Source: Nitrososphaerota archaeon
GTDB taxonomy: Archaea; Thermoproteota; Nitrososphaeria_A; Caldarchaeales; Calditenuaceae
Length of the DNA stretch: 64,000 nucleotides
Assembly: GCA_038845265.1 (NCBI GenBank)
Contig: JAWBQR010000002.1
Location: 65,150 to 129,149 of the forward strand
Direction of reading: 5' to 3'
How positions within the stretch are numbered: the stretch's first letter is position 1; every line of letters starts with the position of its first letter. The position numbers and the translations under genes are program-made. This document shows positions 18,864 through 27,988 of the stretch, in pieces. Below the pieces are notes generated by a model that saw only the letters and a program-made list of their open reading frames with translations, searched no databases and was not told the DNA's origin.

Positions 18864-20144
18864 TTAGGGCCAGACTCCAAGCGTCTTAAGAGCGAGTCCA
18901 ACTCTATCTACGGCGAGACATAGTGCCGCATAACGCATATCGACTTCAAATCGCTTAGTATATGAAAGCGTATCCTTGAAAGCAGCTACTAATTTATTCT
19001 CGAGTTTAGTCAATACTTCATCTTTGCTCCACTTCTCTCTCTTCAAGTTCTGCACCCACTCAAAGTAGCTCGTAGTTACGCCACCAGCATTAGCCAATAC
19101 GTCAGGAACAATGAAGACCTCCTTTTCTCTGAGGATTCTATCTGCCTCTGGAGTAGTTGGGCCATTAGCTCCTTCAGATATAATTTTCGCATTTATCGAT
19201 TCTGCATTATCCTTATTGATCGCTCTCTCAAGAGCGGCAGGAATAAGAATATCAACTTTGAGTGCTAGTAGTTCTTCATTTGTTATGGTCTTAGATCCTG
19301 GGAAGCCCACTACGCTTCCGGTCTTCTTTTTGTGTTCTAGGAGCGCTGGGACGTTTATGCCGTCAGGCTTATAGATTCCTCCCTTAGAATCACTCGCAGC
19401 AACTATTTTTGCTCCCCACTCAGCTAGGTATTTCGCAGCATAGTAGCCCACGTTTCCATAACCCTGAATAGCGACTGTGAGGTTGGACATGTTTAATCCG
19501 AGGTGCTTGACTGCCTCCCTAGCGCCTAGCGCTGTTCCGAACCCAGTGGCTTCTTCTCTACCCTCGCTTCCCCCCAGGTATACAGGCTTTCCTGTCACAA
19601 CTTCAGGCGTTAGGTATCCTCTAATCTGGCTATACGTATCCATTATCCAAGCCATCGTCTGCGCATCGGTGTAGACGTCTGGTGCGGGGATATCAACATA
19701 TGGACCTATAATATCATAAATCATGTATGTATATCTACGTGTCAGTCGTTCGAGTTCATTTTTTGAGAGGACCTTAGGGTTGCATGCTACGCCGCCTTTA
19801 GCTCCTCCATATGGAAGATCAACGACAGCGCATTTATAGGTCATCAGCATGGCCAATGCTACGACCTCGTCTAGATCGACGTTTGGGTGATATCTGATTC
19901 CACCCTTATATGGTCCCCGAGCATTGTTGTGCTGAACCCTATATCCTACGAAGACCTTAACATCTCCGTTATCCATCTTAATAGGAATCGAGACTGTTAA
20001 TGTTCTCTTAGGCACCCTGAGAACTTCATATACATCGTCTCCAACGTTAGTTATCTCGACTGCCTCTTTTACTTGCCTCAGAACCATGTCAAGGAAGGCA
20101 GCTCCTCCCTTAGACTCGCTCGCAACAGAAGATGTTTGGGACAT
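18864..20144 (-). CDS. gdhA: glutamate dehydrogenase
   Basis: KGGIRYHP, GGAKGG and GYGNVG motifs; 426 aa. Confidence 0.95.
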   Translation of the reverse strand: MSQTSSVASESKGGAAFLDMVLRQVKEAVEITNVGDDVYEVLRVPKRTLTVSIPIKMDNGDVKVFVGYRVQHNNARGPYKGGIRYHPNVDLDEVVALAMLMTYKCAVVDLPYGGAKGGVACNPKVLSKNELERLTRRYTYMIYDIIGPYVDIPAPDVYTDAQTMAWIMDTYSQIRGYLTPEVVTGKPVYLGGSEGREEATGFGTALGAREAVKHLGLNMSNLTVAIQGYGNVGYYAAKYLAEWGAKIVAASDSKGGIYKPDGINVPALLEHKKKTGSVVGFPGSKTITNEELLALKVDILIPAALERAINKDNAESINAKIISEGANGPTTPEADRILREKEVFIVPDVLANAGGVTTSYFEWVQNLKREKWSKDEVLTKLENKLVAAFKDTLSYTKRFEVDMRYAALCLAVDRVGLALKTLGVWP

Positions 20145-20339
20145 ATCTGAGCAATCACTAAATATTTAAACAACAATATAAAGGATATCTTGCCAGAAAA
20201 AAGGTAATTTGAATGACCGTAGTATTACGGGCGGTTAGAAAAAAAGTATACAATTAAATTTAAATTTACACAAATATTTATTGCGTTCATGAAAGATATT
20301 TAGATAAGATGAGATAAGCTCTGAGTAGCAATTAGCCCG

Positions 20340-20951
20340 GTGGAGCATTTGGGCAGAGAAGTCGAGTTTGAGGGAAACAAATTCCTCGTACTTACTTGGG
20401 AAGACATCATGAGCCATGTGGAGAGCCTCGCAGAAAAAATAAAGGAAAGTTACGCCTTCGACGCCATAATAGGCATACTTAGGGGTGGATTATTCGTGGC
20501 TAACTTGCTCTCTGACATACTAGGCATAGATGAGGTCCACCCACTCGGAATAAGAAGCTATACAGACATAGAACACAGAGGAGAAGTAAAAATCTATCAC
20601 TGGCCCAGTCTCCCACTAATGACAGGTAAAAAGTTACTTATCGTTGATGATGTCTCAGATGAGGGCAAAACGCTTAGAGCTGCAGTTGAGAAGGTCGTTA
20701 AGCCTCTTGGAGCATTGACGATTAAGACAGCAGTACTCCACGTTAAGCCTTGGACTAGCTTCATGCCAGATTACCACGTAGTAACAACGTCTTGCTGGAT
20801 ACTATATCCCTGGAGTAGATATGAAAGCGTTAGACATCTTGGCAAAAGATTAGTAAATAAAATGGGTATTGATGGAGCTTCACGGGCGTTATCAACACTA
20901 CTTAGCCTTGACTATGAAAGGGTAATTAACACCCTTAAAGAATCTTCTTAA
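20340..20951 (+). CDS. purine phosphoribosyltransferase (Hpt1/Gpt-like)
   Basis: KLLIVDDVSDEGKTL PRPP-binding loop; GTG start. Confidence 0.75.
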   Translation: MEHLGREVEFEGNKFLVLTWEDIMSHVESLAEKIKESYAFDAIIGILRGGLFVANLLSDILGIDEVHPLGIRSYTDIEHRGEVKIYHWPSLPLMTGKKLLIVDDVSDEGKTLRAAVEKVVKPLGALTIKTAVLHVKPWTSFMPDYHVVTTSCWILYPWSRYESVRHLGKRLVNKMGIDGASRALSTLLSLDYERVINTLKESS

Positions 20952-21013
20952 AACTCAAATCCGCAATACAATATCATGTTAATATCAAGCCGAGGAATTA
21001 CTATGAAAAGAGG

Positions 21014-22312
21014 ATGCCAAGAATCTATATTGAGAGCTATGGATGCTCGGCGAATCTTCAGGATTCACAGATAATGATGGGTCTCTTGCTAAAGGCAGGA
21101 TATGAATTAGCATCAACTCCTATTGATGCAGATGCCTTAATAATCAATACATGCATTGTGAAGACACCAACAGAGCATAGAATGATTCATAGGATTAGAC
21201 AACTTAGCAGCACTCACAAACCTCTCATAGTTGCGGGATGTATGACTAAGACAGAGCCAGAAGTCGTCAGAAGAATAAATCCAACAGCAAGCCTAATTGG
21301 CCCAAACTCGATTGATCAAGTAGTAGATGTCGTGAATCAGGCAATCAGAGGAATAACAGTTGAAGCTCTCATGGATTCATTAACAGAAAAATCTGGGTTA
21401 CCTCACGTTAGGCTTAACCCAGTCATAGACATAGTCGAGATAAGCTCTGGCTGTCTACTGAATTGTTCTTTCTGTCAAACAAAACTAGCTAGAGGAAATC
21501 TTCGGAGCTACAGGCCAGAATCAATAAGGAAACAGATAGAGACAGCTGTGAGGGATGGATGTCGAGAGATTTGGCTCACTTCTCAGGACAACTCCGCATA
21601 TGGGCTAGATATAGGAACAAATATTGCAGAGCTTTTATCAGATATATGCAAAAATATTGATGGAGATTTTTTAATCAGGGTCGGAATGATGAATCCCTTA
21701 CACCTTATAAAAGGGCTACTTAGAGAACTGATAAATGCGTATAATGATCGACGCATATTTAAGTTTCTACATCTATGCATACAGAGCGGAAGTGACAAGG
21801 TTCTAAGGGATATGAGGAGGGGGTATACAGTGAGTAATTTTTATGAATGCGTAAAGATGTTTAGAGAAACATACCCAGACCTAACATTAATGACTGACAT
21901 AATAGTTGGGTATCCGACTGAGGACGAGCAAGACTTCGAGGCATCCATAAAGCTGTTAACAGAGGTAAAGCCAGACTTCGTTAACATATCAAGATTCTAT
22001 CCACGTCCAGGAACTCCTGCTGCTAAGCTTAAGCCTCTGCCAGTTAAAACTCTCAATGAGAGAAGCAAGTTACTTACAGAATTATGCAGGGAAATAGCCC
22101 TCAAGAAGAATGAGAAGTGGATAGGATGGGAGGGACCGGCGCTAATAGATGAATTAGGAGAACATGGCGAACTAATCGGGAGGAACATTAATTACCGTCC
22201 AATAGTCATTAACAATGCGGAAAAATCATTACTTGGCAGGCTCGTCAACGTCCACGTTACCGAAGCCAGACCATACTGTCTATTAGGAAAGATTAAATCA
22301 ATTATCAATTAA
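21014..22312 (+). CDS. radical SAM methylthiotransferase (archaeal MtaB/CDKAL1-type, tRNA t6A37)
   Basis: N-terminal IESYGCSAN UPF0004 domain, CLLNCSFCQT radical SAM cluster, C-terminal TRAM-like region. Confidence 0.85.
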   Translation: MPRIYIESYGCSANLQDSQIMMGLLLKAGYELASTPIDADALIINTCIVKTPTEHRMIHRIRQLSSTHKPLIVAGCMTKTEPEVVRRINPTASLIGPNSIDQVVDVVNQAIRGITVEALMDSLTEKSGLPHVRLNPVIDIVEISSGCLLNCSFCQTKLARGNLRSYRPESIRKQIETAVRDGCREIWLTSQDNSAYGLDIGTNIAELLSDICKNIDGDFLIRVGMMNPLHLIKGLLRELINAYNDRRIFKFLHLCIQSGSDKVLRDMRRGYTVSNFYECVKMFRETYPDLTLMTDIIVGYPTEDEQDFEASIKLLTEVKPDFVNISRFYPRPGTPAAKLKPLPVKTLNERSKLLTELCREIALKKNEKWIGWEGPALIDELGEHGELIGRNINYRPIVINNAEKSLLGRLVNVHVTEARPYCLLGKIKSIIN

Positions 22313-22805
22313 TATAAGTAACACTATCAGAATCAAATTCCTTAACAATCTCGAAGTTATTGTCCAGCTCCGTGGAGTTAATAGTCGCTATCTCTGGAAA
22401 GGCTTTGAGTATATCTTCGTTTGCGACATAATATGCGGGATGATTAGTTCCTAAAATTTCCCTCGTTAGGCTTTTGACTATTATCCTGACAGTTCTTTCT
22501 TCTAAAAATCCTAAAGTGTGAAGATATTCATGCAGCAACACCGTGAATATGTATCCATTTATTTCTCTCTTCGATCTATTAAGACTTTGAAGCGCTCTTA
22601 ATACTCGTCTATTAAGAACAATACTATTGGAACCCACCTCATGATATGCAAGTATGAATGACGGTATTTCGCCCAGTATAAGCATAAGACCAGCGCGTCT
22701 CAGGCCTAGTTTTGTCTCAACAACTCGTTTAACGAGTCTGAATAGTTCATCAAATCCATCAGCCTCGTCAAGCTTCTTCACAAAATCAGGAATATTCATG
22801 TTCAT
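22305..22805 (-). CDS. hypothetical protein with an HExxH motif (putative zinc metallopeptidase-like)
   Basis: A single LLHEYLHTLG motif; no other family recognised. Confidence 0.35.
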   Translation of the reverse strand: MNMNIPDFVKKLDEADGFDELFRLVKRVVETKLGLRRAGLMLILGEIPSFILAYHEVGSNSIVLNRRVLRALQSLNRSKREINGYIFTVLLHEYLHTLGFLEERTVRIIVKSLTREILGTNHPAYYVANEDILKAFPEIATINSTELDNNFEIVKEFDSDSVTYIN

Positions 22806-22901
22806 GATCTAATATGCTCATTGAGTATAAAAACTAGAATCAAATAACCAATTAGTAGTAGTTACGGGCTCAGAGAATATATATTAGAGATTCATACATT
22901 T

Positions 22902-23216
22902 TTGGAAGGGACGGGTAGGAACCCTGAAGGTGATAATAGGTTGTCAGCAAGTGGTTGGGAGCAAAAAAGACAGCAGATCGTCCAGATACTTGAAACAATA
23001 TCGAATGATACGAGTACTCCGAGAAACGTTAGGAGAGTGGCCAAATCTGCAGCAGATGAGCTCTTTAATGAGAAGTATTCACCCCCCGTTCGAGCAGCTA
23101 ATGCGATAGAAATGATAGAGGAAATCATTTCTGATACTAACATTCCGACGTTTACACGGACTCAACTGTGGCTGGCTATCTCTCTACTAGAAACCATTAA
23201 GTCTGGACAAGTATGA
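22902..23216 (+). CDS. UPF0147 family protein
   Basis: PRNVRRVAKSAADEL...PPVRAANAIEMIEEIISDTNIPTFTRTQLW matches the UPF0147 pattern as I recall it. No in-frame ATG near the 5' end; start is TTG at 22902 or 22941. Confidence 0.55.
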   Translation: MEGTGRNPEGDNRLSASGWEQKRQQIVQILETISNDTSTPRNVRRVAKSAADELFNEKYSPPVRAANAIEMIEEIISDTNIPTFTRTQLWLAISLLETIKSGQV

Positions 23217-23294
23217 AAAAGGCGCAACTTGAGAGAAATGGTAAGACCGGACATGCACCCATTATTGTGAATTATCTATATCAAAATTTGATTT

Positions 23295-24065
23295 CTACGT
23301 GGCTTTTTCTTCACTTGTCCTTGTCTCCTTCTCATATTCCTCAATAAATACGACTCTATCGACGCCGGGTATGAGTTCCATTATCTCGCGTGAAACGACT
23401 TGCTTAACCATCTGGAGCCCTGATAATAGGTGCAGTTCCTTCGAGAGTTTTATCGTGACTGTTGGTTTTTCAAGCGTTATGAAGGTATTCTCCCTACTAC
23501 TTTCGGGTATCCTTGAATGGAGAAGAGAATAGATCTTCTCTAACTCATCAGTAATTATCTTCCTTATCCATACATCGCATAGTAGTGTTTTACCAGCTAA
23601 GTAATGATTAAAATCTACCTGCACCCTGCCAGACCCTATGCTTCTTATGTATCCTTCCCGACCATTTATGATGACCTTTGAACCTACGCCAATTGGTTGG
23701 TCAAGATCTTTGAACTTTCTTAGAGGTATCACTTTTACCTTGGAGGGATCGCGCTCACCAAACGCCTTTTCAGGAGGTATCTCAAAAGACTTGTATCCAC
23801 CGACAGGCATACCTACTAACTCATCCTCAATGGCTTTCAGTATGAATCCTCTGCCCACTATGGATAATTTTGGCTCATAGATCCTTGCAGTATCGGTTAC
23901 TCCGGCCTTTTTTGCTTCTTCCTCCAATGATGTATCCACAAGCTCGCCCGACTCTTTGGTTTTGATTACATAGTCAATAAGGACGAAGCTACCTGAACTG
24001 ACCGTTTCGGCCGCGGTCTTTTCAGAACTATTTTTTCCCTCTTCTCTCCCCTCTTCTGCAACCAT
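23295..24065 (-). CDS. long-type FKBP peptidyl-prolyl cis-trans isomerase
   Basis: FKBP core (FVLIDYVIKTKESGELVDTS...FGERDP) with an insert-in-flap region and a C-terminal domain. Confidence 0.8.
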   Translation of the reverse strand: MVAEEGREEGKNSSEKTAAETVSSGSFVLIDYVIKTKESGELVDTSLEEEAKKAGVTDTARIYEPKLSIVGRGFILKAIEDELVGMPVGGYKSFEIPPEKAFGERDPSKVKVIPLRKFKDLDQPIGVGSKVIINGREGYIRSIGSGRVQVDFNHYLAGKTLLCDVWIRKIITDELEKIYSLLHSRIPESSRENTFITLEKPTVTIKLSKELHLLSGLQMVKQVVSREIMELIPGVDRVVFIEEYEKETRTSEEKAT

Positions 24066-24265
24066 GAGTATTGAACTGATAATCGATGCTTTAAATATTA
24101 ATTGGCAAGCTTAGGACCAATACATAACATCAAATCCGCTGCGAAGCCTTTATCCTTATCGAGACGAGATAGCTCTTAGCAGCTCAAAAAAATACTAACG
24201 TGGATAAAAATTTATTACTCAAATATGGCGGTAAAGAAGATAGAGCCCGGTCGTCTAGCGGTCAA

Positions 24266-24286
24266 TCCTGGCCAGAAAGGGACTAT
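24266..24286 (+). other. predicted non-canonical tRNA intron in the D-loop (21 nt)
   Basis: TCCTGGCCAGAAAGGGACTAT interrupts an otherwise standard archaeal tRNA-Gln D arm. Boundaries inferred from the cloverleaf only; the BHB motif was not verified. Confidence 0.55.
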
Positions 24287-24302
24287 GGATGCGGGGCTTT
24301 GG

Positions 24303-24316
24303 ATCTCTGAGAAGAG
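24303..24316 (+). other. predicted canonical tRNA intron at position 37/38 (14 nt)
   Basis: ATCTCTGAGAAGAG lies between G37 and A38 and contains an internal TCTCT/AGAGA pairing. The boundary can slide by 1 nt. Confidence 0.65.
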
Positions 24317-24348
24317 ACCCCGTGACGCCGGTTCGAATCCGGCCCGGG

Positions 24349-24801
24349 CTACACCTCATCTTTATCCATATTTTCAAGAAAGGACAGAGCTTCTCTGACA
24401 TGCATCTCAGGTCGTCTGTCCTTGATAATCTTCCTTATTTTCCCATGCTCATCTATTATAAAGGTCATCCTCTTAGACATTCCTAAAAAATCTAGGGCAT
24501 CATAAGACCTAGAGACTTCTCCATCAACATCGCTAAGAAGAATATGACTCAATCTATGCTTTTCAGCAAAGCGTTTATGACTCTCTAAACTATCTCTGCT
24601 TATTCCAACTACTAATGCTCCATGTCTCTCAAAATTTGGCAATGTATCTCTTATCAAACAGTTCTCGGCTGTACATCCAGGGGTTCCATCTTTCGGATAA
24701 AAGAAAATTACTATTCTACGTCCAAGAAAATTTGAGAGACGGAATGTCCCATTAATTGCTGGTAGCTCAAAGTCGGGAGCAGCATCTCCTTCTTTTGCCA
24801 T
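24349..24801 (-). CDS. bcp: peroxiredoxin (Bcp-type thiol peroxidase)
   Basis: MAKEGDAAPDFELP...FFYPKDGTPGCTAENC motif. Start moved to ATG 24801, because the ORF-track N-terminal extension overlaps the divergent gene. The stop codon overlaps the last 3 nt of tRNA-Gln on the opposite strand. Confidence 0.85.
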   Translation of the reverse strand: MAKEGDAAPDFELPAINGTFRLSNFLGRRIVIFFYPKDGTPGCTAENCLIRDTLPNFERHGALVVGISRDSLESHKRFAEKHRLSHILLSDVDGEVSRSYDALDFLGMSKRMTFIIDEHGKIRKIIKDRRPEMHVREALSFLENMDKDEV

Positions 24802-24895
24802 ATTAGTAAATGAGTCTTCGTCTTTAATTAAAGTTTCTGAACTACAATATAAAATTTTAAAAATATTTATAAAAGTTGAGGAGAATAATTTTGTG

Positions 24896-25894
24896 ATGAA
24901 AAAAGTAGGTTTTGCCGTAATAGGTCTTGGATGGTTCGGTGAGAAGCATGTACATGTTTTGTCAGAACTTCCGGGCGTAGAGCTGGTTGCGGTATGCTCT
25001 CGAACCGAAGCTAGGGCAAAGGAAGTTGCATCAAAATATGGAGCAAAAAAATGGTACACTAACTGGGAGAAGACTGTGAGGGATCCTGAGGTAGAGGCGG
25101 TTAGCGTAGTAACTCATGTTCCAGAGCATAGGGATCCTGTAATACTTGCAGCTGAGGCTGGAAAACACATCTTAGTGGAGAAACCAATTGCTGGTAGCTT
25201 AAAGGAGGCAGATGAAATGATTGCTGCAACCGAGAAGAACAAGGTCCACTTCATGGTTGGACATATACTCCGGTTTGAAAGTCGATATGCTCAGGCTAAA
25301 CAAATTATAGAACGTGGAGATATTGGAAAAATAGTCTCGATATATGCTAGGAGAAATATTCCTGGAGGATTTGCCGCCCCCCACCTCAGATATGGCTCTC
25401 CAATACTCTTAGACGCAATACATGACACTGACATAATTCTTTGGTACCTTAAAGACAATGTTAAGAGCGTCTACGCGACATGGCTCAATGTTCGAGGCTC
25501 ACCCAATCCTGAGATCACTTGGACTATTTACAACTTTTCTAAAGGCACAAAGGGTGTATGCGAGAGTTTGTGGTTCCTACCTGATAATACTGCTTTTGCA
25601 ATAGACGCTAAAATGGAGGTACTTGGAACTGAAGGTGCGGTATACATAGATTGTGGAGACTCCGGGCTAGAGGTCAATGACAAAAAAGGTGTGAAAAGAC
25701 ACGATACAATGCACTGGCCAATGATTCACGGCGAGATTGCGGGTGCCTTGAAAGATGAGATTAGTTATTTCGTAAAATGTGTTATGAATGACCGGAAACC
25801 CAGTATTGTCACACCTATGGAGGCTCGTCACGCATTAGAAGTTGTATTGGCTGCTGAGGAATCCGCTAAGACAGGTAAAATTATAACTTTATAG
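24896..25894 (+). CDS. Gfo/Idh/MocA family oxidoreductase (1 of 4)
   Basis: KVGFAVIGLGWFG Rossmann N-terminus and EKP motif (LVEKPIAGS). Confidence 0.85.
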   Translation: MKKVGFAVIGLGWFGEKHVHVLSELPGVELVAVCSRTEARAKEVASKYGAKKWYTNWEKTVRDPEVEAVSVVTHVPEHRDPVILAAEAGKHILVEKPIAGSLKEADEMIAATEKNKVHFMVGHILRFESRYAQAKQIIERGDIGKIVSIYARRNIPGGFAAPHLRYGSPILLDAIHDTDIILWYLKDNVKSVYATWLNVRGSPNPEITWTIYNFSKGTKGVCESLWFLPDNTAFAIDAKMEVLGTEGAVYIDCGDSGLEVNDKKGVKRHDTMHWPMIHGEIAGALKDEISYFVKCVMNDRKPSIVTPMEARHALEVVLAAEESAKTGKIITL

Positions 25895-25918
25895 AAACTC
25901 TAGCTAATTTTTATTTAT

Positions 25919-26773
25919 TTAATAAATTAATTGACGCAACTTATCAATGGTATTCTTAACATGTGTCAGTACATCTTTGTCATAGAATATTTCTGGTAGT
26001 AGGTATCCATTCCATCCTATTTTTCTCAATTTTTTAATAACACTTTCGTAGTCTATCGTGCCCATGCTAATTGGTAGATGGTTAGGATAGGTTCCGTCAT
26101 TGTCTGTTGCATGAATACAGTCACAAAGCCTACCTTGAAGTTCATCAATATATATTTCAGGTGATAAATAGACATTGGCGTTTGCTATATCTAGATATGC
26201 CTTAACATTTTCAGAGGCCACTTCATCAACAACTAACCGCATCTCGCCAGGTAGGTTTATGAAGTTACTTACAACTGTATTTTCAATTCCCAATACAACT
26301 CCCAAATCCTCAGCATGTTTTGCGCACTCTTTTAGACTCTTAATAAGACTAGACCAATGTTGACGATAAGAATTGTTTGATTTCATGAAGTTTGGTTCGT
26401 CAACTTTTCCAGGTACTACAACAACTACTGATGCTTCTAGCTCTGAGGCTAAAGTAATATTTGATTTATACCACTTCACTGCTTTACTTCTCAATAATTC
26501 AGTTGGAGATGCCAGATTGTATTCAAACTCGAAGGTTTGCCAATCTCTAGATATAAAAGGTATGGGACATGTTGATACTGCTTTAACTCCATATGAATCG
26601 AGCTTCGACAATATTTCTGATATATCGCTATTACTTATGTTTTCAGGCCAAAAATGATTTCTATCAATCCATAATTCTATATATTTAACTCCTAATTCAT
26701 GTGCTAATTTCAAACAATGATCAAGATCATATCCGACCCTTACAAGTGTACCCATTTGAAGTGCAACATCCAT
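25919..26773 (-). CDS. sugar phosphate isomerase/epimerase (xylose isomerase-like TIM barrel)
   Basis: GVKYIELW, LGIEN and a length of 284 aa typical of the AP endonuclease 2 / IolE-IolI-like TIM barrel family. Confidence 0.75.
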   Translation of the reverse strand: MDVALQMGTLVRVGYDLDHCLKLAHELGVKYIELWIDRNHFWPENISNSDISEILSKLDSYGVKAVSTCPIPFISRDWQTFEFEYNLASPTELLRSKAVKWYKSNITLASELEASVVVVVPGKVDEPNFMKSNNSYRQHWSSLIKSLKECAKHAEDLGVVLGIENTVVSNFINLPGEMRLVVDEVASENVKAYLDIANANVYLSPEIYIDELQGRLCDCIHATDNDGTYPNHLPISMGTIDYESVIKKLRKIGWNGYLLPEIFYDKDVLTHVKNTIDKLRQLIY

Positions 26774-26895
26774 TATTCTTCACGTAACAAAACAATAGTA
26801 AATGCTAAGATAAAATCTTTCCTAAGCAATTAAAATTTTATTTTAGATTTATATATGAGTTTCATAAAAACAACTATGAAAAAGGTCAGGAATAT

Positions 26896-27978
26896 ATGGC
26901 AAGTAAAGTTAGGATTCGGGACCTGACAAAGCGTTTCGGGAATACAATTGCTGTTAACAAACTAAATCTCGAGATTAGGGCAGGGGAATTTGTTTGTTTT
27001 CTGGGCCCATCAGGGTGCGGCAAGACTACTACTTTACGATGCATCGCGGGATTAGAGAGGCAAGACGAAGGAGATATCTACATCGATGATGATCTCGTGA
27101 ATGATCTCTCGCCAGCAGAAAGAGACATCGCAATGGTCTTTCAGTTTCCAGTCGTTTATCCTGCTACTACTGTAAAGGATAATTTAGAATTTCCCCTTAA
27201 ACAAAGAAGACTTCCCAAAGATGAAATTAGGAAAAGAGTTAATGAAATCGCAAAAGCTTTGAGAATAGAGCATGTATTAAATAGGGTTGCTTCTGATCTA
27301 AACATAGGTGAGAAGCAGCGGGTAGCTATTGGGAGAGCAATTATTAGGAGTCCTAAGGTTTTATTGCTAGATGAAGCTCTTACAAATCTTGATACCGAGA
27401 TGAAGCTTTCAATGATAGCTGAGTTAAAAAGAATACATGAGGAGTTTAATCAAACAATTGTTTACGTTACTCATGACCAATCGGAGGCAATGATGATGGC
27501 TGATAGAATAGCCGTTATGAATCTTGGGGTTTTACAGCAATATGATACTCCAGAAGAGCTATACTCCTCGCCTAGAAACCTTTTTGTGGCTGGGTTTATT
27601 GGTAGCCCGCCCATGAACCTCATAAATGCAAAATATATCCCTGAGAAATCAGTCGTACAGATAAATAACTTCTATATAGATGTCTCAAATTACAGAGAAA
27701 TAATTGATAAAAAGATTTCTTCTAATGAGCTTGTCTTAGGATTTAGACCGGAATATGCAGTAATTCATAAAGTGTGCCAGAGTAGCGATCATTTGAAGGG
27801 TGAAGTTGAGATAGTGGAACTCCTTGAGGACCGTCTATCTCTTGACATAAGGTTAACTGATCAGATAATCAAAGTATTAGTCCCCGGGACCTATGATATG
27901 AGTATCGGTGATCAAGTATGCGTAGAGCTTAATAAGTTCCATTTATTTGATGAAAAAACAGGGGAGACTATATTGTAG
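26896..27978 (+). CDS. ABC sugar importer ATPase (MalK/UgpC-like) with a degenerate signature motif
   Basis: Walker A GPSGCGKTT, Q-loop MVFQ, Walker B LLLDE and H-loop VYVTHDQ are intact. The signature reads LNIGEKQRVA. Confidence 0.9.
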   Translation: MASKVRIRDLTKRFGNTIAVNKLNLEIRAGEFVCFLGPSGCGKTTTLRCIAGLERQDEGDIYIDDDLVNDLSPAERDIAMVFQFPVVYPATTVKDNLEFPLKQRRLPKDEIRKRVNEIAKALRIEHVLNRVASDLNIGEKQRVAIGRAIIRSPKVLLLDEALTNLDTEMKLSMIAELKRIHEEFNQTIVYVTHDQSEAMMMADRIAVMNLGVLQQYDTPEELYSSPRNLFVAGFIGSPPMNLINAKYIPEKSVVQINNFYIDVSNYREIIDKKISSNELVLGFRPEYAVIHKVCQSSDHLKGEVEIVELLEDRLSLDIRLTDQIIKVLVPGTYDMSIGDQVCVELNKFHLFDEKTGETIL

Positions 27979-27988
27979 GTGATCGATT

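Larger units (their letters stand above)
24244..24351 (+). tRNA. tRNA-Gln (anticodon TTG) with two predicted introns
   Basis: Acceptor AGCCCGG/CCGGGCT, T arm GCCGG-TTCGAAT-CCGGC, anticodon stem CGGGG/CCCCG with loop CTTTGG..A. Removing 24266..24286 and 24303..24316 leaves a 73-nt cloverleaf: D stem GTCT/GGAT, D-loop AGCGGTCAA. Confidence 0.75.

Noticed and set aside
24802-25059. N-terminal 86-aa extension of the bcp ORF in the track (236 aa)
   Set aside because: The extension overlaps the divergent Gfo/Idh/MocA gene start and has no peroxiredoxin homology. The ATG at 24801 gives a standard 150-aa Bcp beginning MAKEGDAAPDFELP.
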